A stretch of DNA of 61,246 nucleotides, counting the filler, from Catajapyx aquilonaris (Eukaryota), in the NCBI GenBank assembly GCA_000934665.2. It is 3 parts of 3 records of this genome, joined end to end, with 100 filler letters (N's around TTAATTAATTAA, not from the genome) between each part and the next. Parts side by side here need not be neighbours in the genome. Positions count along the whole stretch, not along the records: positions 20,451 to 40,798 come from JYFJ02006285.1; 2 more parts are not named here. One strand, written 5' to 3'. Each line of letters starts with the position of its first letter. The first letter of the stretch is position 1. The notes beneath the pieces are model-generated. The model saw nothing but the letters and a program-made list of their open reading frames with translations. It was not told where the DNA came from and did not search any database. The translations under genes were made by a program, and so were the position numbers. This document shows positions 25,471-37,273 of this stretch, piece by piece.

Positions 25471-26240
25471 CCAGAAATGATACGTACCGGTACTTTTTAC
25501 ATGATGTCAAGTTTATTGATTTTAGGTTAGATAAACTTAATACCGGTATTTCATTTCTTTTCCTTGGTGAAATTGGTTTTCTTCAAGCATCAAAGTTCAT
25601 AATGTCTACGTAAAATGAGTGTTTTATGCTCTCGGTGACATAAACACTAAACACCATCATGGGAAACTTGGGACGCAATAGATTATATGAAATTATGAAC
25701 CGATTATCTCGTTTGAGGTGTCAGAGCGTTCCTCACACAAGTATCTAGTTGTGAAACTGTTCAATAACTTAAATCACGGCATTATTTAATGATATAATTA
25801 TACCCTTTGCAGAGCAGTCGCCCATGCTGCTTATGGGACTACGGGCGCAAAGGGGCGAGCGGCTACATTCCTGGGGACGGGAATCAAAATCCATCACAAA
25901 GGCAAGAACTTACACTAGTAAAAAACACGGTTATATGCATCCACGTTCCGGCGGCATACTGGGCACCTATGTGGTAGTGGGAGCCCCCATATGTTTACCA
26001 TGGTACGGAGTCGTTCATTGCACCCATGGCACACACAGAGGTGCATGCAGGGGACATACATGTACTCCCTGGCTTGCATTAGGCAGCAGACGCAGATTAG
26101 GGGATGCTGGCCTGCCCCGTCTGCTGCCTGACCTCCCGGCTCAAGGTCATCATCACCATCTTCATCGTCGTCGTCATCAACGACAACGACACCACCACCA
26201 CCACCACCACCACCACCGTCAAGAGCAGCAGCACCACCAA

Positions 26241-26315
26241 CTGCCCCGTCGTCGCCTGCCCCGTCGTCACCTGCCCCGTCATCACCTGCCCCGTCGTCGC
26301 CTGCCCCGTCGTCAC
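26241..26315 (-). repeat. Five 15-bp tandem repeats encoding (GDDGA)5, next to a (ACC)n poly-Gly/Val tract
   Basis: ctgccccgtc(g/a)tc(a/g)c repeated five times. Confidence 0.95.
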
Positions 26316-27574
26316 CTGCGCTCCCCACATCTGTCCACGCAGTGCAGTGGGCCGTTTTGGCGAGGAACTGTTTGATGGAATAGAGGTTCCTCGCCAACTT
26401 TTCGGTGGCCCGAACAATTTGCAAATCCTGCAAGACGTATTTCTGCTTTTTGCGGCGTGCGATTTGGAGGCCTCTCTGTGACCTGCGGAAATCTTGGCGG
26501 GAGGCCAACTCGATCTCCCGAAGTTTTCCTGAAATATTATGGGAGCGTAACGTGAGGTCTTGGGTGCAAAATTATAACCGTGTAATAACAAGAGTAAGTA
26601 TTCTTCTATCAGGTTGCTAAATTACCAAGGAAGTCCCAGACATTGGGGTGGTACCCAAGCCTCCTTAAGAGTTTCGCATGGAAGGACTCAACGTTATTGT
26701 TGGTCCGCCTTGCCTGGCCGTGGACGGATAGCGTCGCTGGTCCGTAGCCTAAGATCCATGCTTGCCTCACATATCGCATGAAAGACCGGCCCAATGATGC
26801 CGCTTGTGGGCTGAGTCTTTCCACTTCTGCCTCTACCACTTCCACCCCCTCCACGATTTTCTCTGGGGGCAGTAGTGGCAGAGCCATTGCCATTTTTATT
26901 ATGCTGGCCAGTCTGGGGTCGTCCCTTACTGTCGCTGATAGCCCTTGGGTTTGAACCCTCTTCTTGAGTGCCTAATAGGAAGGGCGGAGGCAAACAATGA
27001 GGGTTGTTAAAACCCAAACCTACTACGTACGTACACCCGCGAGCATATAGATGGAGGCGGCAGGCCCTCACCTTCGGCATGCTGCTCTGCCAATTGCAGC
27101 TATTACGGTATCAAATATACTGTCATAAATACACGAAGACTTGCCTAACTCGGTCCAAAAAGAGTTCATTAATTTGAGTCGGATAAAGAATGGTCAAGAA
27201 GGGGCCTGCCATCTCCATCTTTATACTCGCGGGGGTACATGGCGACACTGGCAACGATAACATCAAAGAAAGGTTAACAATATCATTGAAACACACAATA
27301 TTCGGCATCGGATGGCATACCTGCTTGCAATGGAACCAACATCCTCGTACTGTGGACCCAGGAAACACTTGAGCTGCTGCTCCCTGCAGCGCCTTCTCGT
27401 AATCTGATAATATGCTATCAGGAGTGCAACCTAACTGTTCAGATATGTACTCCAAGACCTTGGTGTATGCAGCCCTGGTTTGCCGCGTCATCAGAATGTA
27501 TGCGCACGGAAACACCTGAAAATGTATGTAAGTTAATATGTTATTAAGAGTTGATTCTATGCAAAATCATAAAA

Positions 27575-28308
27575 CAGTAAAACTCCCGTTGTTTGACACC
27601 CCTGTATGTTGGACATTTTTGGTGGAACCGTGGAAAAGCCTATCCATTTGTATGGGCACATCAGCTCTTAAGTTGGACACCCCTCTATCCTGGAAGTTGG
27701 ATGCTTTTTGTCACCTAAGTTGGACAGGTACACAGTTAATGGGATCAAAAATCTCCATCCAGCCTGCTGATTTTTCAGGCCATTAGTACTCACAATCAGT
27801 GCATGACTCACTCAGAAAGTGAGTCAGATGGTGAAGTGAGTGAGGCAAGTGGTTGTGACGATGTGCCGCTTTCCCACAAGGATGCTTTAGAGTGCATTAA
27901 GCAATTGGAGCGATATGCCTTGGCCTCCCACCCAAAAGTGATGGACACCATTTATGCAGCCCGAAAACTCATCGAAACTGAACTCATGGTGTCTGCGGTG
28001 GCCAAACTGAAACAGTCCAGGCTGACTGATTTCTTTTGTAAAAAGTGAGGTTCCATATCGCAGAATCATGTAACGCTGTACTGTACTTTAGTCCCATGTG
28101 TTCTCTACGGATAATACTGTACATATAATTATGTACTGTACAGTAGTGTACTGTACACTACGTACTGTAAAAATTTTTATGAAGGTGTGTTCATCATGGG
28201 CATGCATGATCGTACCCTGTACAGTACCTATCTCTCTAAGTTGGACACTCCTCTATGTTGGACATTTTTTGTGAAACCGTGAGTGTCCCACTCAGAGGGG
28301 TTGTACTG
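27575..28308 (+). mobile_element. pogo/Tigger-like non-autonomous element
   Basis: CAGTAAAACTCC ... GGGGTTGTACTG-TA termini, repeated AGTTGGACAC subterminal motifs, and a residual acidic C-terminus ending KQSRLTDFF (PIP box). Confidence 0.85.
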
Positions 28309-28371
28309 TACTTCCAAGTGAGGGGGTGTGCCAGGCAGTGTTTCCAAAATTTGGCAATGGGTTCGCTACTA

Positions 28372-28935
28372 CAGGGTGTCCCACTACTTACATTACCCTG
28401 CATTTCTTTATATTACATTAATACGAATAATGAAGATAGTGCAGCGAAATTTGAACTGAACTAACCTCATTATGTGAGAAAGGAAATGGCATCACAGCAT
28501 GTACTGGAAATGATCACCATTTGCGTCCAGGCAGTCCTGAACATAGTGCTACATATTTTGGATGGTCCTGCCCACCATGTCCTGATGCACTGCCTGAATT
28601 TCATGGACGATGTTTCATTTCAGGGCGTTGATGGATCGTGGTTTGTTTCGGTATGCATATGCCACACATCACCCGCCATCATGGAGTCTGAAATTCAGTC
28701 CCTTTTCGGCGACCGATTAATTTAGAAGGGAATTTGACCACTGCGTTCGCCTGGTCTTACGCCGCCTGATTACTTCTTATGGCAGTTATGGCCAGGTGTA
28801 CTGTACTGAAACAAACCACAATCCAGCGACGCCTTCGAAAAAAAAAACAAAAAAACATCATCCACGAAATTCGGGTAGTGCCTCAGAACATGCTGGCAAG
28901 GACTTTCCAAAATATGTAGCATCTTGTTCAGGCCT
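28372..28935 (+). mobile_element. Tc1/mariner non-autonomous element, 3' truncated; same family as 32975-33649
   Basis: TA-CAGGGTGTCCCACTACTTAC left end, a WP--SP-LTPPDYFLW remnant, and colinearity with the 33-kb copy. Confidence 0.8.
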
Positions 28936-28959
28936 GCCTCTGCCCTCTGCCCTCTGCCC

Positions 28960-29700
28960 TATTCCTTGATAAGTGTCACACGTTGTGTACAATGACGCAC
29001 AGAACAAAAAAGGTACCGAAAAGTTGGGTGTTTGGCATCTGAAGTGCAACGATTGGACAAAACGCTATATGACCTGTTCCATCAGAGAAACGTACAACAT
29101 CTACAAGAATGATTGTCCAGGCGGACGCATAATGGGGCATTCCAAATTTTGTGCAAACATTGAACTCTGCTACAAATGTGATGGTCACTGCAGAGGACCT
29201 ATTCAGTTTGTGCATGTGCCTCGTTCCAACGGAACGAAATCCAGAGCTACCATTGGCAAAAGAAGCAAATATCAATATTCACATGCGTGGCTTATTTGGA
29301 CAGCAGCGTCCAGAGTTCTGCTGTGGTTAGTGAAGATTCGACCCATGATCCAAGTCATGCGCTTCTGGGTTCTGGCGGTCCATCGAGTCGCAGATGATCT
29401 ATCAGATGACGGAAAAACCAGCAAAGTACCTATATAACATTCATCTCTGATGGTACAGCGAGTCATTCCAAGAACCGCTACCACCTGCATGAACTTTCCC
29501 CAGCAGCCCCTGCAGACATGTCTTTATGTCAACGGGACACGATAAAGGACCATGCGACGATGTTGGTGGTATGGTGAAGCACTATGGCACAGTCCATAAC
29601 CTGACATGTCCCTCAACTGATGCCATCCAAACTTCGGATGATTTTGTGCTAAAAAAAATAATCCACCATACCCCCTAGCATACGCAAAGTTGTCGACCTG
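28960..29700 (+). mobile_element. Decayed DNA transposase fragment, possibly Sola2-like
   Basis: KRYMTCSIRETYNIYK...IMGHSKFC resembles the N-terminal motif of such transposases; the rest is broken. Confidence 0.3.
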
Positions 29701-30483
29701 ACTCGTGATTGAGAATTGTAATTTTGTTCCGTCAATCACTTACTAAATATTGCATGTGAATTGATGTAACCTACGTATAGTCCATGCACAACAGCATTTT
29801 TTATTTCAAGATGTGATTCCTGTTTCATTTTACATGATTCCTTGACTACGTAAAAGTTATGCTATTCCGCATGCCCTGTAATTAATACGTACATAGCTTG
29901 TTTTCTATTGGGAGTTGAGTCAGCTAGGACAAAGACGATAGGTCTGTATGGGCTCCATCACTTACGTGGGCGTCTGTATCGGCTGCATGGACCGTAAATA
30001 GTTGTCGGAAAAGATGTGGGACTGTCTTGAATATGCAATTCAGGGGAGTTTCTGAAGAGGCCGTCTCGAAGCTCGTCTGACACGAAGATTATCGATGTTC
30101 CCTCCTCGTCCGTTCCGCGTAGTGTCTCAGCATTCAATGGTTTGCCATCCAATGCACCACTGAGGTTACGGTGTAGCAACAGCTGCTGAGTGAATTGTTC
30201 CTTATCAGCAGGTACATCGGGCCTAGCTGATCGCCTTCGTTTGTACATGGTTGCCTCGAGTGACGCAAACGACACCAGGTGAGCAGCAGGAGACCTGAGA
30301 AGTTTGTGATATGAAAGTGACAGCGCCAATTGGCAGCAAAGACATTGCTGATAACAACAAGAACAACAACAACATCATCACTATCACGACGTTTCCCTGT
30401 TAGGGGTAGTCAGCGATGAAGGGAGATGCAAGTTAATCCCACATGAATTTGTAATAATAACACTTCATAACGGTTGATGTGTA

Positions 30484-31231
30484 CAGGGTGTTCCAGAGTT
30501 GACGACTCACTCTTTGAAACGCAATTACTTTCAAACGGAATAACATATTTATTTAATGTACGTACCAAAACATCAAGGAAATACTAACTTAAGACCTGGT
30601 ATGGTCCATGGTATGGTCAACCCCGCTTCCACGTCGATGCAGGCCTGCAATCGCAAGGCGACGTTGTCGCACACCTTCCGACAGAAGTCAACAGGGATCG
30701 CGTTGAATTCCTGTGTGATTATGTCACGCAGATGCTCCAGGGAGCCCATTCGATGGTGGTAAACCTTTTCCTTCAGATAACCCCACAGGCGTCGGACTGA
30801 TTTTGCTTTTGCTGGAGAACTTTCCAGTGCATCTCGGATGCGCTGTTTGTTCTCTGCATTCACAACTGTTCTCCCTTTGCCGGGTTTCTTTTGATCCAAG
30901 ACACTTCCAGTTTCATCGAACCGTTGGTTTATCCTCGCAACAGTGTTTCGGGTAGGAGCCGGTCCACCGAAAAGGTTTGCCATTTGACGGCACACTTCTG
31001 TAACATTTTTTGTCACTGAATACAGTCGAACACACTGGACACGTTTTTCTAACGACAGTCTTGCTTCGGCCATTTTTGTTGCAAGACCTGAGCATTGCTT
31101 AGTACTGTCACCTACATGGAAGAATTTCGCAACCTCCCTTGATGTTTTGGTACGTACTTTAAATAAATATGTTGTTCCGTTCGAAAGTAATTGCGTTTCA
31201 AAGAGTGAGTCGTTAACTCTGGAACACCCTG
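30484..31231 (-). mobile_element. Tc1/mariner deletion derivative with ~95-bp TIRs, TA TSD and an open HTH + C-terminus ORF (31073-30573)
   Basis: TA-CAGGGTGTTCCAGAGTT ... AACTCTGGAACACCCTG-TA. The ORF runs RFDETGSV...KSVRR and joins directly to LWGYLKEKVY. Confidence 0.93.
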
Positions 31232-31329
31232 TAGGTTCCTGGGCAATATACCCTTAACCGTTTTTGCGACTCGAAAGAACGGTTATTTATAGCCATTAAA
31301 TGAGCTACTACAATCTAAATGTAAAATCT

Positions 31330-31478
31330 AAAAATCAAGCAGGTCCTAATTTATTTTCATATCTACACACATATTACAGCGTGTGTAGAAATGAAAATAA
31401 ATTAGGACCTGCTTGTTGTCAGGGCCTACATGCCTATACCTATTAATGGTTTTTTAGAACCTAAAAATCCGTTCCTTA
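31330..31478 (+). mobile_element. 3' fragment of the hAT-like family also seen at 43630-44688
   Basis: Shares AATGAAAATAAATTAGGACCTGCTTG and TTTTAGAACCTAAAAA--CGTTCCTTA with that copy. Confidence 0.7.
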
Positions 31479-31830
31479 CTCATTCCCAAACTGCACTCCT
31501 ACACCTTCAACCATAGCTTCCCTTACACATGCATATAAGTACAAGTTAAATAATAACCAGGGAGACATGACACAACCCTGCTTAACCCCAACACTAATGT
31601 TAAACCAGTCAGAGAAACCCCCACTAGTTCTAACACAAGCTCTACTCTCTTCATACAATGACTTTACAGCCTCCAACAGGCGGCCCTTAACTCCATAGGG
31701 ACTCAGAACTTCCCACGAACCTTATTCCCTAGCCTTTCTCTGAGCCTACAAAGGCAACATAAACCTTCTTGTTTACAGCTAAATACTTTCCTATCATGAG
31801 TCTCATACAGAATATCTGATCTACATAACT
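31479..31830 (-). mobile_element. RTE-clade LINE reverse transcriptase fragment
   Basis: DQIF-MR...VAFV, W-VL--YGV, and SLYEESRACVR...WFNISVGVKQGCVMSPWLFNLY. Confidence 0.85.
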
Positions 31831-31839
31831 CTTATTTGC

Positions 31840-32190
31840 ATCCGTCGAAACATGCACTGCTCCCAATCATCCCTTTTCCTCATCAAGGAGGGAACTGCAC
31901 CAGTGGACATTGCCCATTGGATGCAGAAGGTGCATGGGAATGTCTGTTTCAACCACAAGACTCTTCAAAAAGGTGTATGGAATTTCTGTCCAGACATGAC
32001 TGTGTGCTTTCAAGGGAACATTTCCTCAGTGGTTTTCTGCACCAATCTGTCCACCAAGGTGAAGTTGTGGTTGAAGCAGGCTTTCCCACACGCCCTTGGC
32101 ATCCAATGGACAATGTGCACTGGTGAAGTTCCTTTCTTGATGAGGAAAAAGGATGATAGCGAACTGTGCCTGCTTGGACGAAGCCATACT
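31840..32190. mobile_element. Fold-back made of two mariner N-terminal (HTH) fragments
   Basis: The ~130-bp arms are reverse complements, each encoding IIxFLIKxGTxPVxIxHWM. Confidence 0.75.
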
Positions 32191-32974
32191 CCAGGGAGAC
32201 TTGAATAAAATGCTCTCCTGTCCACTAAATGCATACTGACAGATACTGACCATTAACTACTCTGCATGAAAATTAGCCATGCAAGGGCCTACTCAGAGAT
32301 ACCACTAGCACTCAGCTGACACAAATAACTCCTGAGATATTGCACACTTCGTGTCATTTGAACACACCGTATATAAAGCTAGTTGCAAAATAACGCTCTT
32401 ACCTCGCGCACTCGTTGTCGAAGATGTCCCTCAGCAAGCCGCTCTCCTCTTCGGCTCGCCGCTTGCAATTGCTGACAAGCCGACGCCTGGCCACCTCTCC
32501 TTCGCTTGGCGGATGGTTATGTGGAGCTTTATCTGTGTAAAGGCCATTGGCCACCACCATCCGAGAAGGACAGTCGTCCTTCACGCATCGGAAATACTCT
32601 GCTGGTCCAACACAACTGCTTTTCCTGTATATGTCATTGTTCCTGACGAAGACTACAGACCCCTTCTTCGTCCCTTCCACTCTTTCCATGGTCCGCGCTT
32701 CGAAAAGACAGCAATCTCCCAAATCTCTCACTGTCAGACAATCTCAAAAAGTCTGACTCTCACTGTCAGATCTGAGATATTTTTCAATATATCATAAAGC
32801 TCGGGAGGAGAGAAATTTTTGCACTGGTGTGTGGCTTAGATGTTCCTCTGCCAAGAAATAAATAGGTGTTCAATTATTCGGTGGTGTTTTTGAGAAAATT
32901 ATTTTCTTCCAAACACTGGTCAACCTCGACTATACCGGCATGCCGCTTTAATTGAGGTAATACGGTAACAGATC

Positions 32975-33649
32975 CAGGGTGTCCCATTGCTTACTTTACC
33001 CGGTATTGCTTTAATAACATTAACAGGAATGAAGCTATTGCAACGAAATTTGAACTGTTTGAACTAACCTCATTATAAGAGAAAGGAAATGACATCACAA
33101 CATATGCTGGAAATGGCCACCATTTGTGTCCAGGCAGGCCTGAACACGGTGGTCCATATTTTTGAAGGTCCTGGCGAGCATGTTCTGGAGGCACTGCCTA
33201 AATTTCTTGGATATTTTCTTTCAAGGCGTTGATGGATTGCGGTTTGTTCTGGTATACATGTCACACATCACACCTCAGCATGGCCAAAATTAAGTCAGAC
33301 TGTCTCGGGGATCAAGTCATTTTGAAGGGACTTTGGCTACAGTGGTCGTCCGATCTTACGCCTCCTGATTACTTCTTATGGGGCTATCTGTCTGAAAGAG
33401 AAAGTGTACCGAAACAAACCCTGATCCATCGACGCCTTGAAAGAAAACATTATCCAAGAAATTCAGGCAGTGCCAAAGCACATGATGGCCAGGACCTTCC
33501 AAAATGTGAAGCGTCATGTTCAGGCCTACCTATCACAACATGTTTTGATGCCATTTCCCTTCCCACATAATAAGGTTAGTGCAGTTCAAATTTCGTTGTG
33601 ATATCTTCTCTAATTTTAAAGTTATTAAAGTAAGTAGTGGGACATCCTG
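32975..33649 (+). mobile_element. Tc1/mariner non-autonomous element
   Basis: CAGGGTGTCCCATTGCTTACTTTA ... TAAAGTAAGTAGTGGGACATCCTG-TA, with a remnant SSDLTPPDYFLWGYL. Confidence 0.85.
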
Positions 33650-33651
33650 TA

Positions 33652-34378
33652 GACTTCACATTAAATTGTACCGCCAACATTTCCTTTATAGGGAGGTGTT
33701 GTGTCAAGTGGCTCACGAGTCATCGAAATTAATGGGCATGGTTGACTGGCGCCTAGCCAGCTCGTCATGAGATGCACCGTGCTTCTCTCAGGAAGTTGTG
33801 CTGTGCTCATTCCCCATGAAACCAGTACAACTTACATGGTTGCTGAGCATGGGTTCCTTGTGAAAATGCATTGGACAACGAAATCATTTAAGATCTGCCA
33901 ATGTGAGTTTGTTGTGCAATGCAGTGGCCAGTTTCCTAGCAAGCAGGATATTTTTGGAAATTAGTGTAGTTTGAAGCAACAGGTAGCATCCTGAAGTATG
34001 CAGGACCCACACATCCTCAATTTTTCTTCTGTACTGGTCTATGACGCTACCTGTCTCTTCAAATTTATTGACTAATTTCTCAATGTCCTGCTTGCTAGGG
34101 GGCTAGCTGCCGCATTGCACACAACAAACTCACCGTGGTATATCAAAAATGATTTGGTAATCCAATACATGGAACACATGCTCAGCAACTGTGTAAGTCA
34201 TACTGCTTTCACAGGGAGAGTACACCACTACTGCCTGAGATAAGCATAATTATGGTACGTCACATGACGAGATGGCTAGTCGCCAGTCGACCATGCCCAT
34301 TAACTGTCGACGACTCGTGAGCCACATGATGCAACCACTCCCAATGATAGAAATGTTGAAGGTATGATTTGAGGCTAA
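33652..34378. mobile_element. ~720-bp imperfect palindrome built from two Tc1/mariner 5' ends
   Basis: Arms such as GTGGCTCACGAGTC...ATGGGCATGGTTGACTGGCG pair with CGCCAGTCGACCATGCCCAT...GACTCGTGAGCCAC. An HTH remnant ending FEATGS is present. Confidence 0.8.
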
Positions 34379-34654
34379 ATTTCTTATTCCATATGACGTA
34401 TCACTTGACAAACTGCACACATTTACTCAGGGCAACCACCTAATAAATCACCCTGTAATATATAACAGTGAGAAGTCTCCAGTAAAGCAATATATGTCAT
34501 TAACTTCAACTAACCCACGCTGTCCGTCATCTTCGGATCTTCCCCTTCCTTACTGTGGGTATCATCTCTATCATTCGGAATCCTGCTGCAGCTGTATTAC
34601 CTGTTATGACACAATAATAATAAATAACTACATGCTGTACAGTACCGCCCTGGT

Positions 34655-35036
34655 ACCGCTCATAAAGAATGGTACAACTCTATATATGTTTATTCTGGTC
34701 CTAACCCCTGGGTCACCAGCATGTTTTTAGGGGTCATGAGGAAGGCTGGGAAAAGGCAATTAAAATCAAGAAAAAAAGAGAAGAAAAAAGCAAGGCAAAG
34801 TAAGAAAATTTAAGGGGGGAAATTCATCTCAAATCTATGTAGGCATTGTATATAGCAGGTTGATCATTTTGGTAAAAAAAAAATTCGGCAAAAGTCAGGA
34901 GGGGGTCATATGGGTCGCCAGAGATCTAGGACAAGTTGTCCATAGTGTCGCGACGAAATCAGGTCGGGAATAATGCTGGATAGTCGGAATAAACACGTCG
35001 TACGTAGAGTCGTACCATTCTTTATGAGCGGGACAG
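34655..35036. mobile_element. MITE with ~45-bp inverted repeats
   Basis: CCGCTCATAAAGAATGGTAC...TTTATTC pairs with GAATAAA...GTACCATTCTTTATGAGCGG. Confidence 0.7.
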
Positions 35037-36428
35037 TACATTCGTACAAGCTTATTAATCCTTTCAGGGTGTCCTCATGAGAATGAAAATGAGGAGGGAA
35101 GACGAGGGGAAATGGTAACACTACACCACCTGCTCCCTCCACCTCGGTAGGCCTATTTGCCAAACTGAAACTAGAAGCACGAGGGCACGATGCATGAGGC
35201 AGATTGCAACTTGTTACCATATGTTACCACTGCTCCTTTCCCGCCGCAAATGGCTGCTGCGTGCTGCGATGGGAGTGTGATCAGGTGGACCAAATCATCA
35301 CACAACATGCAAAATGCCTAAAACCTCACTAATGATCACATATAATCACGTTTCATTTAAATTAACTTTTTTGGCGAAATAATTGCGATACGCCCTGCTC
35401 CATCTATCGGAAGCATTACCAACTGTATTCTGCAAAAGGGCTGCGACCTGCGAGCAGCTGCGAGGGCTCGTCCGGGCCGGTCTGGGATGGTCAAGTAGCC
35501 TCCAATTCGGCCCCTGGATGTACCCTGCTTCAGTGTCAAGCCAGAAAATCAAGTCTGGGATAAATCTGATCCGAGGTTTTACATTTTCCGGTAGGTAGTG
35601 TCTTTCGACCAAAGGTCGAAGGTGGTGTCGTATTGGGAATGAGTTGGGTGAATAAATGTGGTGTCTTGGGCGGGAATGCTGTGTTACCGCCACGGTTACG
35701 GCTCAGCTTCCAATGATAGATAGACGCTAGGATATATGGGGTCAACTTCATATTGTGCTGGCCGCTGGGTGTCACAGGTATCTAGTCAGTTTGTCAGTGA
35801 GCACAACTGGGAGATGTACTGGCATAATGAAGGGCTGACATGCAGTGGTATGCACATGTATACATTCAATGTGAAGTTTTATTACCTATTTTGTGTCTGG
35901 GTTGTGAAAATCTGGGCTGGAAAGTGTAGATTGTGCTATCATTGTGATTTTGTAATGGGCATAAGGCATGAGGAACATTTACCGGTATACGAGTACTTTT
36001 ATGCTGCTAAGTGTCCCTGTGGGGTCCAGATATACCCCACGTCGTAGGCCAATGTAACATAATTTTTTAGAGAACACATCACAGCGCATCACAGCAAATT
36101 GTATTTTATAAAGTGTGAGTGTTGTTATTCAGCATCAAATATTACTCAGAACTAAAATCTTGCAGACCCTGCAGCTGGGAATGTTTACGTTATAAGCCAT
36201 TACTTACGGCATTGAGCTGGACGGCTATGAAGCTGCGATAACGGAGTCTCAGGTCCCTTATGACTCAACTAATGGTCACAGGAGATCGATTTTTTTACTC
36301 AATATACAGATGAGAATACAGGCCGAATTTAGTGGGGAAGAATGGCTTTAGTGCTACTAAGTCAAGTTTAAAAAGAAAAAGAAAAATAGCCAATGTATGG
36401 CAGATTCACGTTGGTGGTTAAGGGTTAA

Positions 36429-36711
36429 CCCTGGAACCGTGACGTGCCTGAAAGTTATGGCAACTGTGACGTGGGGTCTTTTAGGACCCCATCCATATTT
36501 TAATTTTTATTAATTTTTATATAATACTTTTCAATGTATTGACTATATACAATCATTCTTTGAACAATGCCTGAAATGATCGCTAATTCAAAATAAACAT
36601 GTACTTCCTGTTATATACTTTTTTTAAATGGCAAAAGTTTATTGTAATTACCATTTTAATGGATTTTAATTCCTTTGGGGTCCTGAAAGACCCCACGTCA
36701 TGGTTCCCGGG
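36429..36711. mobile_element. piggyBac-like MITE
   Basis: TTAA on both sides; TIR CCCTGGAACCGTGACGTG / CACGTCATGGTTCCCGGG; subterminal GGGGTC...GACCCC palindromes. Confidence 0.85.
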
Positions 36712-37049
36712 TTAAATTTGTATGGCAATAGTACCGATTATGTCCCATTTTTCGTGTGACATTTTGTTCACTGAACCTGAACTTTAATGAAATTGACCAA
36801 TGTGCATTCATTTTTCCTCATCACACCCGATTTCAGTGTTGCATATTGTGTAAGCAGTAAGATTTTCATAAATATAAGTTTTAGTGACCAATATGGTCAC
36901 TTTGTAACCACTAGCAACTCGTTTCTAGACACATTATGCAACATTTTAAATTTTTAGGTTAGAGTTGGCTTCTTAGACACACGAAAGGGGGGAGCAGGTG
37001 TATGTCACTTCCCCCCTAGTTGTATGGATACGGTAGTTTAATTTCTGTG

Positions 37050-37260
37050 TGGCCGCCAGGCTGGGAATTTGGCGCTGGCGGCGCTACATCGTTCGCTATC
37101 CGCCATCTTTTTCAAGGTGCACTCTAGTGGTAAGTCTGCGGAAGAAAGATCCAGCCAATCGCGGCAGACTACCCGCTACCTACCACAGGAGCTGCACCTT
37201 GAACAAGATGGCGTCTTAGCGAACGATGTGACACAGATTTTACACTACCGTATTCGAGGA
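37050..37260 (+). promoter_or_regulatory. CpG-rich putative promoter of the POGZ/row-like gene
   Basis: CCGCCATCTT and CAAGATGGCG YY1-type motifs and local CpG enrichment. Confidence 0.5.
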
Positions 37261-37273
37261 GTATCATACATCT

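Larger units (their letters stand above)
25915..32689 (-). mobile_element. Spliced Mutator-like (MULE) transposase gene: FLYWCH-like Zn finger + DDE domain + Gly/Asp linker + C-terminal RING; exons 32689-32403, 30294-29966, 27515-27321, 26971-26626, 26528-25915; one frameshift
   Basis: YFRCVKDDCPSR...HNHPP; FKTVPHLFRQLFTVH; FPCAYILMT; SDYEKAL; GCWFH; MALPLLP; RTNNNVESFH; C3HC4 RING ending CPVCR. The GT-AG junctions are phase compatible. Confidence 0.88.

Noticed and set aside
25824..26591. His/Arg-rich 183-aa ORF, Cys-Pro-Val ORF and GQxTT ORF
   Set aside because: Alternative-frame or antisense shadows of the repeat-rich MULE-RING exon.
35054..36428. Larger piggyBac element ending AAGGGTTAA
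   Set aside because: No matching left TIR found and only a weak ERH-like peptide hint.
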